Positions 12,660 through 25,775 are shown, counted from the first letter of the stretch. The stretch is 64,000 bases of DNA from Fistulifera solaris (GCA_030295235.1 AP026167.1:62001-126000), one strand, 5' to 3'. Numbers and translations are program-made. Notes: a model not told the origin generated them from the sequence alone.

Positions 12660-13778
12660 ATGAACAAAGAGAACGCTCCGCTCTTGCAACGCATCCCCGC
12701 ATCGTGATTGACGGCACGGCAACGAAAATTGCGTGCCCTGGAAAACATCTGCCCCTGTACGAAAAACATTGTGATCTGGCGAACGAATGGCACCGTAATT
12801 AGTATAGGATCGACTAAGAATCTTCACCACGGGCCGTGATCTTTACGCTGCATGAAGAGTTCGAGGAAGACGATGTGCACGAAAACGGCAAAGGTGACGA
12901 CAAAAATCCGGACCAAAAAGGCGATGATTCGGAAGAAAAAGGTGACGAAGATGACGACGACTTTGAAGAGGAACAGAACTCGGAAGATTCAGACGAACAC
13001 GATGTTGACTCGAGTCAATGCGGCGACTTGCACTTGAACGGTGGTATCTTTGGGGAAACCGAAGCAGCAATTGCCGAGACCGCGACCTTTTTCTGGTCTC
13101 TGAAGCATCGTTTTGCAGCGAATCTCGCTGTATTGAAATTGGTTGGTAAGCGTCGCTTTGATGTCAAATCGTTTCAACCAAGGCAGTGGACGCGTATTTT
13201 GGAGAGCAACCCCAATCGACCCCAAGCAATCCATGATCCTGGATTTCGACGATGGGGAGACGCCCTTTAGCACGGCGAACTTGACTCGACTCTTACAACT
13301 CGAAAACATGGGAAAAAGGCTGCGCATCAAGACATTGGGAGAAAAGGATGTGATGTTGCTGCCATTTTCCGCTAAAGTGAACTGCTTGGACTATGAACTG
13401 GTGGCACGCAAAATAAATCCCGAAGATTTCGATTCGATCGAGATTGGGGCCAGAAGTCTCTATTTAACGCTCTATCTAGATTGGGTAGAAGACGGTAATT
13501 GGTACGGGTATGTGATATCCTTGTTCAACCGGGTGGCCCCGTTGGGTCACTTAGAGAGACCCAGTCTTTTCTTGCAGTACTCGGACTGGATGTCAAGACT
13601 TTATTCTGACTCGGACGTGGAAGTCTCTTCGATTGCCGATGCATTGATCCGTCTCATTCAGGGCAATCCGAATCTGACGCATTTGAATGTGGGTGATACT
13701 CTGTGGTGTGTGGATGACGAACCGCATTTGCCGCGCATTTTTAAGGCCATGGAAGACCACCCGAGTCTCTCTCAGTAA
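12660..13778 (+). pseudogene. Family A pseudogene with acidic insertion, internal deletion and 3' truncation
   Basis: MNKENAPLLQRIPAS* then VIWRTNGT. ORFs 12836-13270 and 13143-13778 match the family; it ends at MEDHPSLSQ*. Confidence 0.75.
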
Positions 13779-14086
13779 GCCTCTCATGATGAACATTTTT
13801 ATCTCGTCAACCAGACACATAAACTTTCAATAAAATCTGGCCTACAACTGCTTAAATTTGATAGAAGAAATGATTCGTTTTTGCACTAAATACAACCACT
13901 TTTTGGTCGCGGGACTGGACCCGTCCAGAGGACGGGTGAAAACCAGGACCCAGGACCCGTTCGGAACCCTTAGCGATGACGCTCGCAGCAGCGTGCAATG
14001 GAAAAAAAAAACAGCAGACAAAAGGCCTTTTGATAAAAACGATCATAATAAAAGCTATTGTTACTACATCAAAGGACAACAAACGG

Positions 14087-15690
14087 ATGAAACCTGTATT
14101 CAAACAAATTCCCGAAAAGAAATTGACGGCCCAGCAAGAGAGGCTGATGGCCCCCCTCATAGGACTCCCCCCTGTTTCGCTGGCGACAAGAACCCACTGA
14201 TTTGAAAGAGCTCTTCGATAACAATATTCCTTTGTCGATATGGCGTGACAATGGAACTGTGATATTTATCAATGCTTGGTATTCGAATCGTTCCGTGTTA
14301 CGGTGCTTGTCGTTTGATTATCGTGAAGATAAGGAGGACGACGAGGGCGGCCCTGTTTGCCTTTGCGGCCACATTGTTGGAGATACCGACGAAGCCATTG
14401 CCGAGACGGCGACCTTTTTCTGGTCTTTAAAGCATCCTGCAGCAATCCTGCGACTATATATGACAACCAAATTTGACATGTCATCCTTCCGACCCGAACA
14501 ATTGACGCGGATCCTCGACAATCAACGGAATCTTGACCTGCAAACGGGTAGTTGGAGTACAGAACAAGCTGTCGTTCTCGCCACGAGACCCCATCCCTTG
14601 CATTTGAGACTGGGTATGGATGTAACGTTTTCCGGTGACAATGGGACGGCCTTTGCGGAGGCTCTGGAAACACGAACCTCGACCTTTGGCTACTTGCATA
14701 TTGGAAACCGATGACTACGACAGACCACCTTTGAGTCAAAACAGTTTTAAGCGACTGCTGCAACTAGAAGGCAAGATCGAGAGACTACGGATCAGTCTTT
14801 TGAAAGAAATAGAAATGCTGCTGCTTCCCATGTCCGCCCAAGTCGACTGTTTGGAATATGATTTAGAAGTTAAAAGAATTCAGGAGAATGCGTTTGATAC
14901 TCTCAGCATTGCCGCAAAACATATCTCGCTAACTTTTTTCCTGGATTGGTTAGAAGACGGTAGCTGGTACGTTTATGTGATATCGTTCTTTGACCGGTTG
15001 GCTCAGTTAGGTCATGTCGAGAGTTTGAGTCTTTCCCTGAATTACTTGGACCCAACGACAGTGAGTTTCTTGGACTCGAACGAAGAAATGTCGTCCATTG
15101 CCCGTGCTGTGGTTGGTTTTATCCAGGGAAACCCTCGTTTAAAGCATTTCAGTTTTAGCGACATTCTGTGGTGTGTGGATGACGAACCGCACTTGCCTCA
15201 AATCTTCGAAGCCATGGAAGACCACCCCAGTCTTCGCACAGTCATGATTCAAGGCTGCAAAGATGAATCAGATGACGATGGGGTAAAGTACTTGAGTCAT
15301 CTGGACTATAATGCTCTTAGGCAATTACTGTCGCGCAACCGCAACATTGAGATCCTTGACTTTAACCGCAAACGAATCTCGGACGGTGCTCGCATTGACG
15401 AGCTGTATAAATTGAATCTCTATTACAACCACTCGCTAAAGTTACTGACCGAGAAACCCACATCGCGGTCGCAATTAGTGTCGACGGCGTTGATCGAAAG
15501 TGCGTCCGGAGAGTTTCCACAAACGGCGGTGTTAATAGCTCATCACTTGGATTTAATGGCGACCTGGTGGTGGCCGTCAATCTTGATCAATAGATAGCTT
15601 CACGAGGATCGTTTGAATCGTAAAACGCGTAAAACGAGAAGAAGTCAGCCGTCACGCGCCGCAAAGCAAGCGTCGCGAACTTTGAAAGCT
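14087..15690 (+). CDS. Family A member with several frameshifts
   Basis: MKPVFKQIPEKKL (ATG 14087); ORFs 14202-14714 and 14635-15597 carry the family motifs; basic tail RKTRRSQPSRAAK near 15620-15670 in a shifted frame. Confidence 0.75.
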
Positions 15691-15739
15691 AAATGCCACA
15701 CAAATTGGGTCTTTATCTTCATAAACATGAGATCAAGGG

Positions 15740-15950
15740 AAAAGGGAAGAACCGGAACATCGATATAAGAGACATTGAGTGGTGCGTAGGTGAGGTTTCT
15801 TATTTGCCCGATATCTTTGAAGCCATCGAAGGTCATCCAGATCGCCGTACCGTTTTAATACAAGCATGACTACGATGAACTCACTCTTACGTGTATATTG
15901 TTATGATCCACTGGTGAGTGGCTTTTTTTTTAACCGAAAATGGTTTCACA
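15740..15950 (+). pseudogene. Short family A remnant
   Basis: Translates to LPDIFEAIEGHPDRRTVLIQ, matching LPQIFEAMEDHPSLRTVMIQ of the adjacent copy. Confidence 0.55.
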
Positions 15951-16330
15951 TTCCAGGGTGATCCTTCCAACGCTCGGCAAAATGGGGAATTATTCATTCT
16001 ATCATTACGGAAAGCTCCCATTCAGACGTGATAAGCAAACTATTTTAAAGTTCCAGCTATCTAAAGTTTGGACTCAATGTATAATAATTTCGATATATAC
16101 TGCAAAATACTCATCCACCGAAAGCTTGCAGAACGAAGACTGTAACGTGTCGAAGGACACCGAACCTATCTGAGTTTCGGAACGGCATTGTGTGGACTGG
16201 AGCGACTCGTGCTGTCGTAAGAGGGTGATCCTTGGCCGTCTCTTCGATAGCAACGGAAATCCACTACCAGGTACTCGTTCTTCTTTCTTTCTTTCTTAAC
16301 GTTATTCATGGCTCATTCGTTCAGAATAAC

Positions 16331-16609
16331 TCATTCGACGGAAGACGATGATGCATCAGATGGACTTCGTCGCTGTCGACGCGATACCGACTCTCCTTCT
16401 TCTTCTTCTTCTTCTTCTTCTTCAAACATGAACATGCAAGGTGTCGGATACGAATCAATATCGAGACGTCGTCGTCGTTGGGACTCTGGTGGTTGTGAAA
16501 CAACGACCACCATCGTTCGGCACAACGAATGTTCCGTCAACGACATGTCCTTTTCCAACACGACATAGGATCGTGCACAGGATCGGTGAGAAGTATCTTT
16601 TGTTGTCAT
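16331..16609 (-). CDS. Short hypothetical protein with poly-Glu tract
   Basis: 92-aa ORF with an ATG start; no recognisable domain. Confidence 0.3.
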   Translation of the reverse strand: MTTKDTSHRSCARSYVVLEKDMSLTEHSLCRTMVVVVSQPPESQRRRRLDIDSYPTPCMFMFEEEEEEEEEGESVSRRQRRSPSDASSSSVE

Positions 16610-17289
16610 TTTAGTGAGAAATGATGATGATTTGTTTGTTCAAAGGCGAGTGAAGAAATGTACGAAAAAAAAAGGCCATCGATATTAATTACGTAGTACT
16701 GGTGAACGAGAATTTCTAACTTGTACGGGAAACCGAAGAAAACCCGTTTCGTGTTCGTGTTCGTGTTCGTGGTATCGGAAGAAAAAAAGATCCGATTGCC
16801 AAAAGGTTCGGATCGACGGTGTTGTTGACACTTTGCTGGATAGTTGCGGGTGATTGGGCCAATCGGAATGCGCCAATGACTTGAGAACCATCTGTTTTCG
16901 TTGAGAGACAGTCCGAATTCGAAATCCCACGACTACCCCGTAGATAGTATGAAGTACTTCGGAGTATCTGAAAACTTCCAGAACTTTTGGCACGAGGATG
17001 ATGAGGTCATCCACGATCGACTCAGTCACGATTGAAGGAGAGGACGGGACGATCGAAATCGTTTCTCCTTTCTTCATGAAAGATAAAATAAAAGGGTCTA
17101 GTAGAGTATTGAGGAGTCGAGTGAATGTCCATAAAGGGCTAACTCAGAGTGCTTTTTGATAACCAGAAACAGCAGAACGCTTATTGTTGATGACCCAGAG
17201 CTAACGGATATAGGTAATTCGGCTAGCCCGTAGCTTCTATAGTTTCACTAAAGGGCATTTTTACAGCTGCTATGAATCATTCTTGCGAT

Positions 17290-17796
17290 TTATCGGTTCC
17301 AGCACTGATACGCCACACCATCCAAGAATGCATTCGCCACTTGCAACAACTGCAAATTGCTCATTCCGGTTGCTTCCCGCAATCGCTGTCGTCGCGTCAA
17401 TTGATCCAATCGCCGCACTTTTTTCTGCGTGCTAGTAGTAGTTGTAGTCAGAGGCGTGTATTCTGTGGCCGCGTAGGCCCAACCACATTGCAACGCCAAT
17501 CCGTCCGAACAGAGGGGATGATCACCGAGAATCGTTTCGTGTATGCGGACTTGTACTTGTTCCACAAAGCGGATACAGCGACGTTTGCGAGATGAGTGGT
17601 TGTGTTGTACGGATGACGCCGGTTGTGACCGAAAAAAGGATTCGGGCAACAAGGTCATTCGGGTCGAAATGGGATGGACCGTCGATAAGTCTTCATAATA
17701 GCCGTCGTGTTCTCCTTGATACGGCATATCGCCCCAACCAAACGTAAAGAGATTGTTGCATTCGGGTTGTCGGATGAGTAAGGTTTGCATAGTCAC
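17290..17796 (-). CDS. Hypothetical protein of a common diatom/stramenopile type
   Basis: Motif IRFVEQVQVRIHETILGDHPLCSDGLALQCGW resembles the recurrent V.F..V.IREY...LGDHP.C..G....L.W family (from memory). Confidence 0.7.
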   Translation of the reverse strand: MTMQTLLIRQPECNNLFTFGWGDMPYQGEHDGYYEDLSTVHPISTRMTLLPESFFRSQPASSVQHNHSSRKRRCIRFVEQVQVRIHETILGDHPLCSDGLALQCGWAYAATEYTPLTTTTTSTQKKVRRLDQLTRRQRLREATGMSNLQLLQVANAFLDGVAYQCWNR

Positions 17797-18413
17797 GAGC
17801 AGTGCGCCGTGTCAATGAATCGTCAGTAATGATTTTAATGAATAGCAATGCAAGCAAGTGTCTTTTTTGTGTTGTCAAGGCGGAAATAGAGGAGGCTCAA
17901 GCGAAATGCAAGAAGGCAGACCTTCGCTTTGAAAGAAAGGGATGACAAATGAGGAGAAGAGGAAGTCAATACCTGAACGCCTTGAACAATGAAGATCGAC
18001 GCTTTTCGTATTGTGGGAAAACGCCGATCGTTTTGCAATTGCAAAATAATCATCGGGGGGACGCGAAACTAGTTTGCTGCCACGCTTTTTCGAAAGTCCG
18101 AATGGAACGAGTGTCGACTATATTCTGAAACTGTACGCGGGGTGTATTTGTGTTCGTCCGAAATTCCGATGTCGAAACCCAGGGTCATTGTCATCGCATT
18201 CAGTCGTGCGTCGACGGACTCCCGAATTCGAGTCAAGTCACTCTCTATTCAATCCCGAGTCGATTTCGTTTACCGCCTTACCGCAGTTACTGAAAAAAAA
18301 ATCCTCGTCGCACATTGCCAACCCCAATTCACGGAAACAACCCATCCATTGTGTTCGTTTTTGTATTGTTCATTCTCTAACTAATAAATAATAACAAACA
18401 ACAACAAACAAAT

Positions 18414-18833
18414 ATGAAATACTCTGCCACAGTCACTTCGTCACGCCGCAAGAACCGCAAGGCCCACTTTGGGGCGCATTCCGAAGCCCGCCGCGTCTTG
18501 ATGAGCGCCAACTTGTCGAAAGAATTGCAAGCGCGTCACGGTGCCCGTAGTATGCCGCTCCGCAAGGACGATGAAGTCATGATTGTTCGTGGAATGTACA
18601 AGGGACGTGATGGAAAAATCACCGCGTGCTTTCGAAAGAAAATGGTCGTGCACATTGAACGCATTCATCGAGACAAGACGAATGGTCAGCAAGTGCCCGT
18701 TGGTATTCAAGCTTCGAATGTTGTCATTACGAAATTGAAAATGGATAAGGATCGTAAGGCCAAGTTGGAAGCCAAGGCGAATGGCAAGAAGGCGAGTAAA
18801 GGAGGTGATGCTACCATGAGTAATGTTGATTAA
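18414..18833 (+). CDS. RPL26: 60S ribosomal protein L26 (uL24)
   Basis: [30 protein letters not shown]...[16 protein letters not shown] (KOW region). Confidence 0.98.
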   Translation: MKYSATVTSSRRKNRKAHFGAHSEARRVLMSANLSKELQARHGARSMPLRKDDEVMIVRGMYKGRDGKITACFRKKMVVHIERIHRDKTNGQQVPVGIQASNVVITKLKMDKDRKAKLEAKANGKKASKGGDATMSNVD

Positions 18834-19023
18834 GAATTTTAATGCAACAATCATTTTAAAAGTACTGTTACTACAGGTCCATTCAAGACTAAAGTGGACT
18901 TTAAGTACTCCGTATTCATCAATTGTGTGTGTTAAGCATTATAATTAGAAATTTACAGACGTGTTGGATTATACGCGAAGCAAATTCGATTCGAGTGTCT
19001 TCTAATGAATAGCGACTTGTCCT

Positions 19024-19899
19024 TTACCCGAATCCTTTGTGCGGTAATTTCCTTTTCTTCTTGCCTTTGGCCGCTTCTCGACGTTGTTGTCGATTCATTC
19101 GACCCGCTTCTTCATCTCCTTTACTATCCAGATCATCATCATCATCATCATCTTCATACTCGATAAAGTCGCCATCATAGTCGTCATCATTATCCTCCAA
19201 AGAATCGTCCTCCACTTCCGTATTCACCAACAAATCGGGATCCAATCGCGCCAAAAGAGCATATTCTTCCGGTTCCAAGATTTCCAACGCTGTCTCGGTC
19301 GCTTCTTGTTCAAGACTACGACGTTCTAATTTGCGTTGTTTCTTTTGTTCTTGCAGTAAAATCAAGTTGGGATCGGGTTTCTTTTGGCCCTGTGAGACGG
19401 TGAGCAATCGTCCTTGATAATTGCAGTGATGCAATTGTTCAATGGCCAAAGTCGCCAAGTGGGCCGCGGCAAACGTCACAAACGCATAACCTTTCGATTG
19501 TCCCGTCTTCCAATCGCGTATCACATCCACCTTGTTTTGATGCAACAAGAACGGTTGCGGTGTCGCCATTTGATCGCACAACCACGTTTGGAGTTCTTCA
19601 TTCGTAGTGTTGTAGGGTAAATTACCAATAAATACGAGGCATGGATTGACAAAGCGTTTTGTACCGACCCGTCCAGCCGTTCGTACACGTTGTTGATGCA
19701 AATCCAGAATGCGTGATCCAGTTTGATGAAAATGTCTCGGTTTGTTGTTGTTTTCTGCTACCGTTGCTGATGGTGTCTTCTTGTCGTCCTTCGTGGCTTT
19801 TCGAAACGCCGGTTGAGAAAATTTGGCCATTTGTAAGCGTGTCGTCATCCTCGCGACGAATAATCGCCTCGACGATATTGACGACGACCATCCTTGCAC
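19024..19899 (-). CDS. RRM RNA-binding protein, probably organelle-targeted
   Basis: RNP2 VFIGNLP and RNP1 KGYAFVTF; Ser/Arg-rich N-terminus; acidic then basic C-terminus ending KGFG. Confidence 0.9.
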   Translation of the reverse strand: MQGWSSSISSRRLFVARMTTRLQMAKFSQPAFRKATKDDKKTPSATVAENNNKPRHFHQTGSRILDLHQQRVRTAGRVGTKRFVNPCLVFIGNLPYNTTNEELQTWLCDQMATPQPFLLHQNKVDVIRDWKTGQSKGYAFVTFAAAHLATLAIEQLHHCNYQGRLLTVSQGQKKPDPNLILLQEQKKQRKLERRSLEQEATETALEILEPEEYALLARLDPDLLVNTEVEDDSLEDNDDDYDGDFIEYEDDDDDDDLDSKGDEEAGRMNRQQRREAAKGKKKRKLPHKGFG

Positions 19900-20486
19900 G
19901 AATGGTCGAGAAGAGTTGATTAGTACAACAAAAGAAGAACGAACATTGACATCCTCTTATTCGACGATGTATGGGAAGGACGAATTGTGAGATGAAGGAA
20001 TGGTACAGCAAAGACGATGCAGGCTATGTTCGGCAACATCGTTTTCATCATGGTTCAGTTTTCTTTTCTTTCGTCGTTTTTTTTTGTTCCGCGAAGCGTT
20101 CGATGGTGTCGATGCGAAGCCGACAACAGACAGACGGCTTTTGTCCGCCGACCGACCGACCGACCGACCGACCGCTTTTGTGAGCCAGTGCGTCACATTG
20201 AGTACCAGTTGACCTTGATTATTTATTGCGCGTGACGATGATGCGACTAGAAAAACAACGATATGATGAGATGCGAACAAAATCAAGGGACCGATAGGGC
20301 TCAAATAGACAAATAATAATAATCGGCTGTTCTTCATGCTCAAAAGAAAACTAAAGACACCGTGCCGTGCCTCGGCTGGCAGCAATACACCGGAAAACCC
20401 GAACAGTGAGAAATTTGAGGCAAAATAAAGAGATACTACGGGTAGAAAAATTCGTTCACTTGACGTTCTCGAAACGAAATTTAAAA

Positions 20487-21002
20487 ATGAATGCCTCTCT
20501 CCGCGAGGATTCGAGCTGGGAAACATCTAACGTTGTTATCATGGCATGCATGTTTTTAGGGGCCAGCCAGTTTAATGGCGACATTCGTCCGTGGAAGGTA
20601 TTTCGCGTCGCGGATATGACCAACATGTTTCGTGACGCTTCCGCTTTTGATTCCGACATTACTGGCTGGGACACATCAAATGTACGAGAAATGCAGGTCA
20701 TGTTTTCGGAAGCGACGAGTTTCAATCAGGACATTAGTTCTTGGAATGTGGCCAAGGTACGGACGATGACGAACATGTTCGTAGGCGCACGTAGCTTCAA
20801 TCAAAGTCTTTGCGAATGGGGGAAGTACCTGTCTAACCGATACGTTGGAGTACCTGGTTTCGTGGAAAACACTGCGTGTCCGAATCAGACGTCCCCCGAT
20901 CTGTTTCGAGATCCACCAGGGCCTTTCTGCTACAATTGCGAAGATATTTTTTCGCTCGAACGTGATGTAACTGGAGTTTTGCTCCTCAGCGGCTTGTTTT
21001 GA
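20487..21002 (+). pseudogene. 5'-truncated DUF285/BspA-like repeat gene
   Basis: WDTSNVREMQVMF..ATSFNQDISSWNV repeats and C-cap LCEWG...CP...PPGPFCYNC; no signal peptide or N-terminal domain. Confidence 0.7.
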
Positions 21003-21838
21003 GTTTAGAAATTCTGCGGAAGCCAGCCATAGAGATGACGTTCCAATGAGCAAGTGTCAATTCGTTCTTTTGTGAGTTGACACATTTTGCGCCAGACAAA
21101 TGGAAGTTTCCACAAGGATGGAACCTGCATCGTGACAAAGTATTCCAGGGTTTCGTCGTCCACAACGAACGTCGGTTAAAAGCTCGAACGAGAAAGTACA
21201 ATTAGATGTCTTTAGCGAGTTTTCCTCTCGTTCGTCACTCTAGCAGGATCGTCGGAACATATAGGTATCCTTTTGTCGAATCATCATCATTTCGTTGCGA
21301 CCTTGCGAAAGTGGAGACGTCATAATGCAAGTGATTCTTACGCAATTCATAAGATGAACATGAGCTATTGTTATTGTCGTTGATTGCATCATCCTCCCTA
21401 GTGCAGTACGGAGTATTCGTCGTCGTGTTTCGAAATCGACCTGCGAAAATGTGACGATCCTCTCCCTGGGTTCATGATGATTCCTTCATGGATGCGTCCT
21501 CCCCAGAGAATAATCGTCTACCGCAGGTAGGGTTAATCACAAATATCGCTCATTGACGAACAGAACAGGGCATTCGGCATTTCTACCAACTCTTATGAGA
21601 CGCCAGCGGATCCAAACTACCTTCCGTACGGACTTTTCTATATAAGTAGTAACGTTCGTCTTTCAGTCTTCCAGCAAAAGATTCACTGGAGCGAGAAGCG
21701 CAACGAATGAGCAAAGAACACGGGGTCCCACTGACAATGAGGAGGTGAATCTTCGAACATATTATTTTGCACACACAATAAGATGATGATTCGCTCACGT
21801 CTCGCGTATTATTTGTCGATCGATCGGATGATACCTTA

Positions 21839-23448
21839 ATGTGTCGTCAAGACATTGTGATGCAGCACGGACAACAACATTACGAAGGCAAACCCGCTCG
21901 AGTTGAGGACGAGCCAGTACGACGATCGAGGAAACATGGTGGTGTTCTTTTCTTCCTCGTGGGGGGAATCGCGGTGTGGTTTCATCTCTTCCTTCTTGGG
22001 ACGCAATTGTTCGTGTCGCTACCGTCGTATTGTTTCAAACATCCCTGTGGTTGGCTTCATGTTTGGATGAATAGCGGCAGCGGAGTGAATTGTGAAGAAA
22101 CGTGTGTCGGCCTTCTGACATCATGGACGAGGCGTGGATGGACGACGTGCGGCAAATGTTGGCAATGTTTTCATAGGAAGGAGGAACTGAAATCTGCCGT
22201 GAATCACACAATGAAGGACGCCGTTTCCGCCAAAGCAACGTACGCCGACACGTACGGCTGGCCGATGGAAAAGTGGTGTTTTACGGTCACCGACCTGAGT
22301 CAACTGTTCGAACCGACTCCTTTTTCGTACGAAAGTGTGGTCTTGCCTTACAATATTGATTCCTGGAATGTATCCAACGTGAAAAATATGAGTCGAATGT
22401 TTGCGGGCGTCTCCTATTTGAATTCGGAGCTGTGTCACTGGGACACGTCGAATGTGATGGACATGTCGGGCATGTTCTGTAATGTCAAACGTTTCGATGG
22501 TGATCTCGGTTCGTGGAATGTTTCCAACGTCCGTGATATGCATTCCATGTTCCTTTGGACCGGCAGTTTCAATGTCGATCTCTCGGCCTGGAATACTTCG
22601 AGAGTGACGGACATGTCGATGCTGTTGGGTGGAACTCATTTTTGAGTATCGACGTCGGTCGATGGAATGTTTCCCGTGTTCAAAACATGTATGGAATGTT
22701 GGTGGGTGCGTCGCAGCTCAATCCCGACTTATCCAACTGGGATACCTCTCGTGTGACGAACATGTCGACTATGTTTGCTTCGGCGACGGCGTTCGATGGT
22801 GATATCCGCGCTTGGACCGTTTCCAACGTAACAGACATGAAAGAGATGTTTTGGGGGGCCGATAACTTCAATTCCGACTTGTTAGACTGGGATACATCCA
22901 GAGTCACGGACATGGGAAAAATGTTTCTTGCGGCTCTTCGCTTCAATAAAGATCTATACAGTTGGGATACATCTAGGGTCACAAGCATGGCAACCATGTT
23001 TGGCCGCGCGATTAGATTCAATGGCGATATTAGCCTTTGGAACGTTTCGAATGTTCGTGAAATGAATCACATGTTTTCCAATACGGGTCGTTTTAACTCG
23101 TATCTCTCCGATTGGGACACGTCCAGGGTGACTAGAATGTCCTTTATGTTCGAATCAGCATCCAAGTTCAATCAGGACATTAGTTCTTGGAATGTATCAA
23201 AATTACAAACAATCAGTTATATGTTTACCGGAGCGAGGAGCTATAATCGGAGCCTTTGTGAATGGGGACGTCAAATGTTTGAAAGGAGTGTTGTTGTGAC
23301 GGATGCCTTCAAGTCTACGTCCTGTCCGAATCAAACGACGCCCAACTTGCTTCGCGATCCAGCGGGTCCTTTTTGCTTCAATTGCGGTTCAGGAAAAGGT
23401 GATAAACAAATTCGCGCTCAAATATCCGCTGGTCTAGCGCATCATTAG
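21839..23448 (+). CDS. DUF285/BspA-like surface repeat protein (N-terminal TM anchor; frameshift near 22630)
   Basis: ORFs 21839-22645 and 22555-23448; Cys-rich N-domain, YGWPMEKWCF, 25-aa repeats and C-cap. Confidence 0.85.
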
Positions 23449-24317
23449 TCCCGCTCCCTGTTCAGTTTGTTGTAAATGGCGACCGACAATTACCATTGAG
23501 CCTGGATGCGGCCGCTACTACTTGCAATACCACAGATTTATCCCTAAAATCGGGACCACTCTAGTAAATGGAGCATAATACTGCCGAAATTCTATCGCTC
23601 TAGTGTCTGCAAGAAATCCTGGAAGCCACACACAAGTTGAGAGCTCAAAACAGCCAGATAATCAGGAGTGTCGACGGTATGATTCAAGGTATTCCATTTT
23701 TATTTTCTAGTCACTCATCGTCACATGCACCACAAACCACAGCTTCTTCACTCGTAGAAGCCAATCAAACGAAGCACACTCATGCACGCGACTTTTCTGC
23801 AAGGGTATGAAACAAAGCGGCAGGTCAGCTTCTCCGAGATCGAGATCATCTCAAGGTGGCGGCGGCGAGGTGATGGGCTTCTTGTCCGATTGCATGGGTT
23901 GATTACAGAATTACGGAGCATGTATTGACTGTCAAGTTTCAATGTTTCAACCAGGAAGGAAGATACACAATGCTTGACACAATGTACAACACTTGACACT
24001 TGACATTTACTACCGGAGTATTGTTTTTGTTGTTCGCTGGAATGCAATTGAATTGAAACTTTGTGTACGATGATATCAAACAGCAAAAGCTCATGGTCGG
24101 CACGAGACAAACTGCGTCCAGCACGCTCATGGAGGAATTTCCGCGAAACGTGCTTGTGTCCTACTTTCTGCTGTACAGTGGAAAAGCGGAGACCCGTCAC
24201 TGCCATCACTTTTTGTTTTTCTTTCTCCCGATCCAGAAAAAAATGAAAGATTGCTGCGTATCTTTGACATATCTTCATTATTACTTCGACCACTCATTCA
24301 CCCATAACATCGACAGA

Positions 24318-25775
24318 ATGCTTTTTTTCGCCAGTGCGCTATCCTTGCTGCTCAGCTCAGCGGTCGCTCGTACCTTTGTCGATGATCGAGGTGTGACACA
24401 TGAAATTAATGGCAAGCCGACGTTTGTTACATTCACCCACACGGCAGTGACCTTGTCTCATTTCGGTACGTTCACTTGATGTCGATGGCGTCGCCTCCCT
24501 CTCTTGCAGCCGAACTTACACACACACACACACACTATACAAACAGGTCTCGGCAAGGACCAACTTGTCGGTGTTTACGGCGAATTCGCACACCAAGGGT
24601 CCGATTTCAATTTCGAGGTCATGAGTGAAGAGTCGACCTACCCGGCCGATCCGACACCCGAAGAAATGGAGTTCATTACGTCGGTTCCCCATCTTTCTCC
24701 TAGTTGCCAAGTCGGATACTGTCAAGAGTTCGATGTCGAGGCGTTTGAAGCAATCAAACCTGACTATCTCGTCATGCACGGATACCGTGGTGAATTGTGG
24801 GGCTTCAACTCGACCATCGAAAAACAGGTCGTCAACATTATCGGCAAGCCCATCATTTATATCGATGTCGCCCAACAAGGATCGAACTGCATCGGTGAAG
24901 AAAATGCTAACCAGTGCACCGGCAAGTCGATGATCGAAGTCATCGAGCAGTACGATGCTTTGGCCATGGCCTTGGGCATCCCTCGTCCTGCATCGGTCAC
25001 TCAAGACAAGCGTGACATGTGTCAAGCCGCTCAAGCCTTCCAAGAAGCCGCCCGAGGCTGCGCAATCGAAGGGTGTTCGTGCGTTGGCCGGTTTTATTGA
25101 TGCGACACCCAACGCCACATCGTGATTTGGCCTATCCCTCCGATGACATGGTCTTGCGCATGTTTGAAGAACTCGGTATGCCCATCTTGCATCCAGGTAG
25201 TTGCACCGCTGAAACTTGTGATACAACGCAGTACTTTTGGGAGTGGATTCCGACTGCGGCATTGTTCCCCAACTGCGCTGGACGGACAAGCCTTCTCTGA
25301 ATGCGCTGACACTCCCTTGTACCCCGTCGATTTGTGGTTGTACGATCACCGCACGACTTTGACCTTCACCAGCCCCGACTTCAGGACGGCCTTCCCGGAC
25401 TTGGCCGTTATGCAGGGTCAGTACGCCTATTGGCCCATTGGTGGTGGTATCATCTCGCACAAGCACGCCGCCGAGATTTTTGAACATTGTGGCGCCAATT
25501 CTCGTCCGCCGAACGCATTCATCCGGGTTCGCCTGCAGCCCGCCGATGTGTCTTCCATCGAACAGCACGCGCAAGATGGTTTGGAACCGGGTCAATATGC
25601 CTGTTACGATGAATCCGTTCACCGCCTCGAATATTTCCAGTGCCCCGCCTCTGATGACAAGGCCTTGTCGGGAGGTGCCATTTCGGGTATTGTGATTGCC
25701 GGTGTGGTCGTACTAGGAGCGGTGGCCATGTTTGTGATGCGTCAAAATAGATACGGAAAGGAAGCGTCCTCGTGA
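24318..25775 (+). CDS. FBP1: FBP1-like ferrichrome/ferrioxamine (siderophore) binding protein, periplasmic-binding-protein type III fold, C-terminal TM anchor
   Basis: Signal peptide MLFFASALSLLLSSAVA then RTFVDDRGVTH. GT-AG intron 24466-24546 joins SHFG-LGKDQLVGVYGE. Motifs FDVEAFEAIKPDYLV, FWEWIP and YPVDLWLYDHR; TM GAISGIVIAGVVVLGAVAMFV. Frameshifts near 25070-25290. Confidence 0.8.

Noticed and set aside
20146..20174. (CCGA)n and other short microsatellites (16396-16422 TTC, 16747-16770 TTCGTG, 57852-57874 TGA)
   Set aside because: Ordinary simple repeats with no further structure.
24516..25622. 368-aa minus-strand ORF
   Set aside because: Antisense shadow of the FBP1-like gene.
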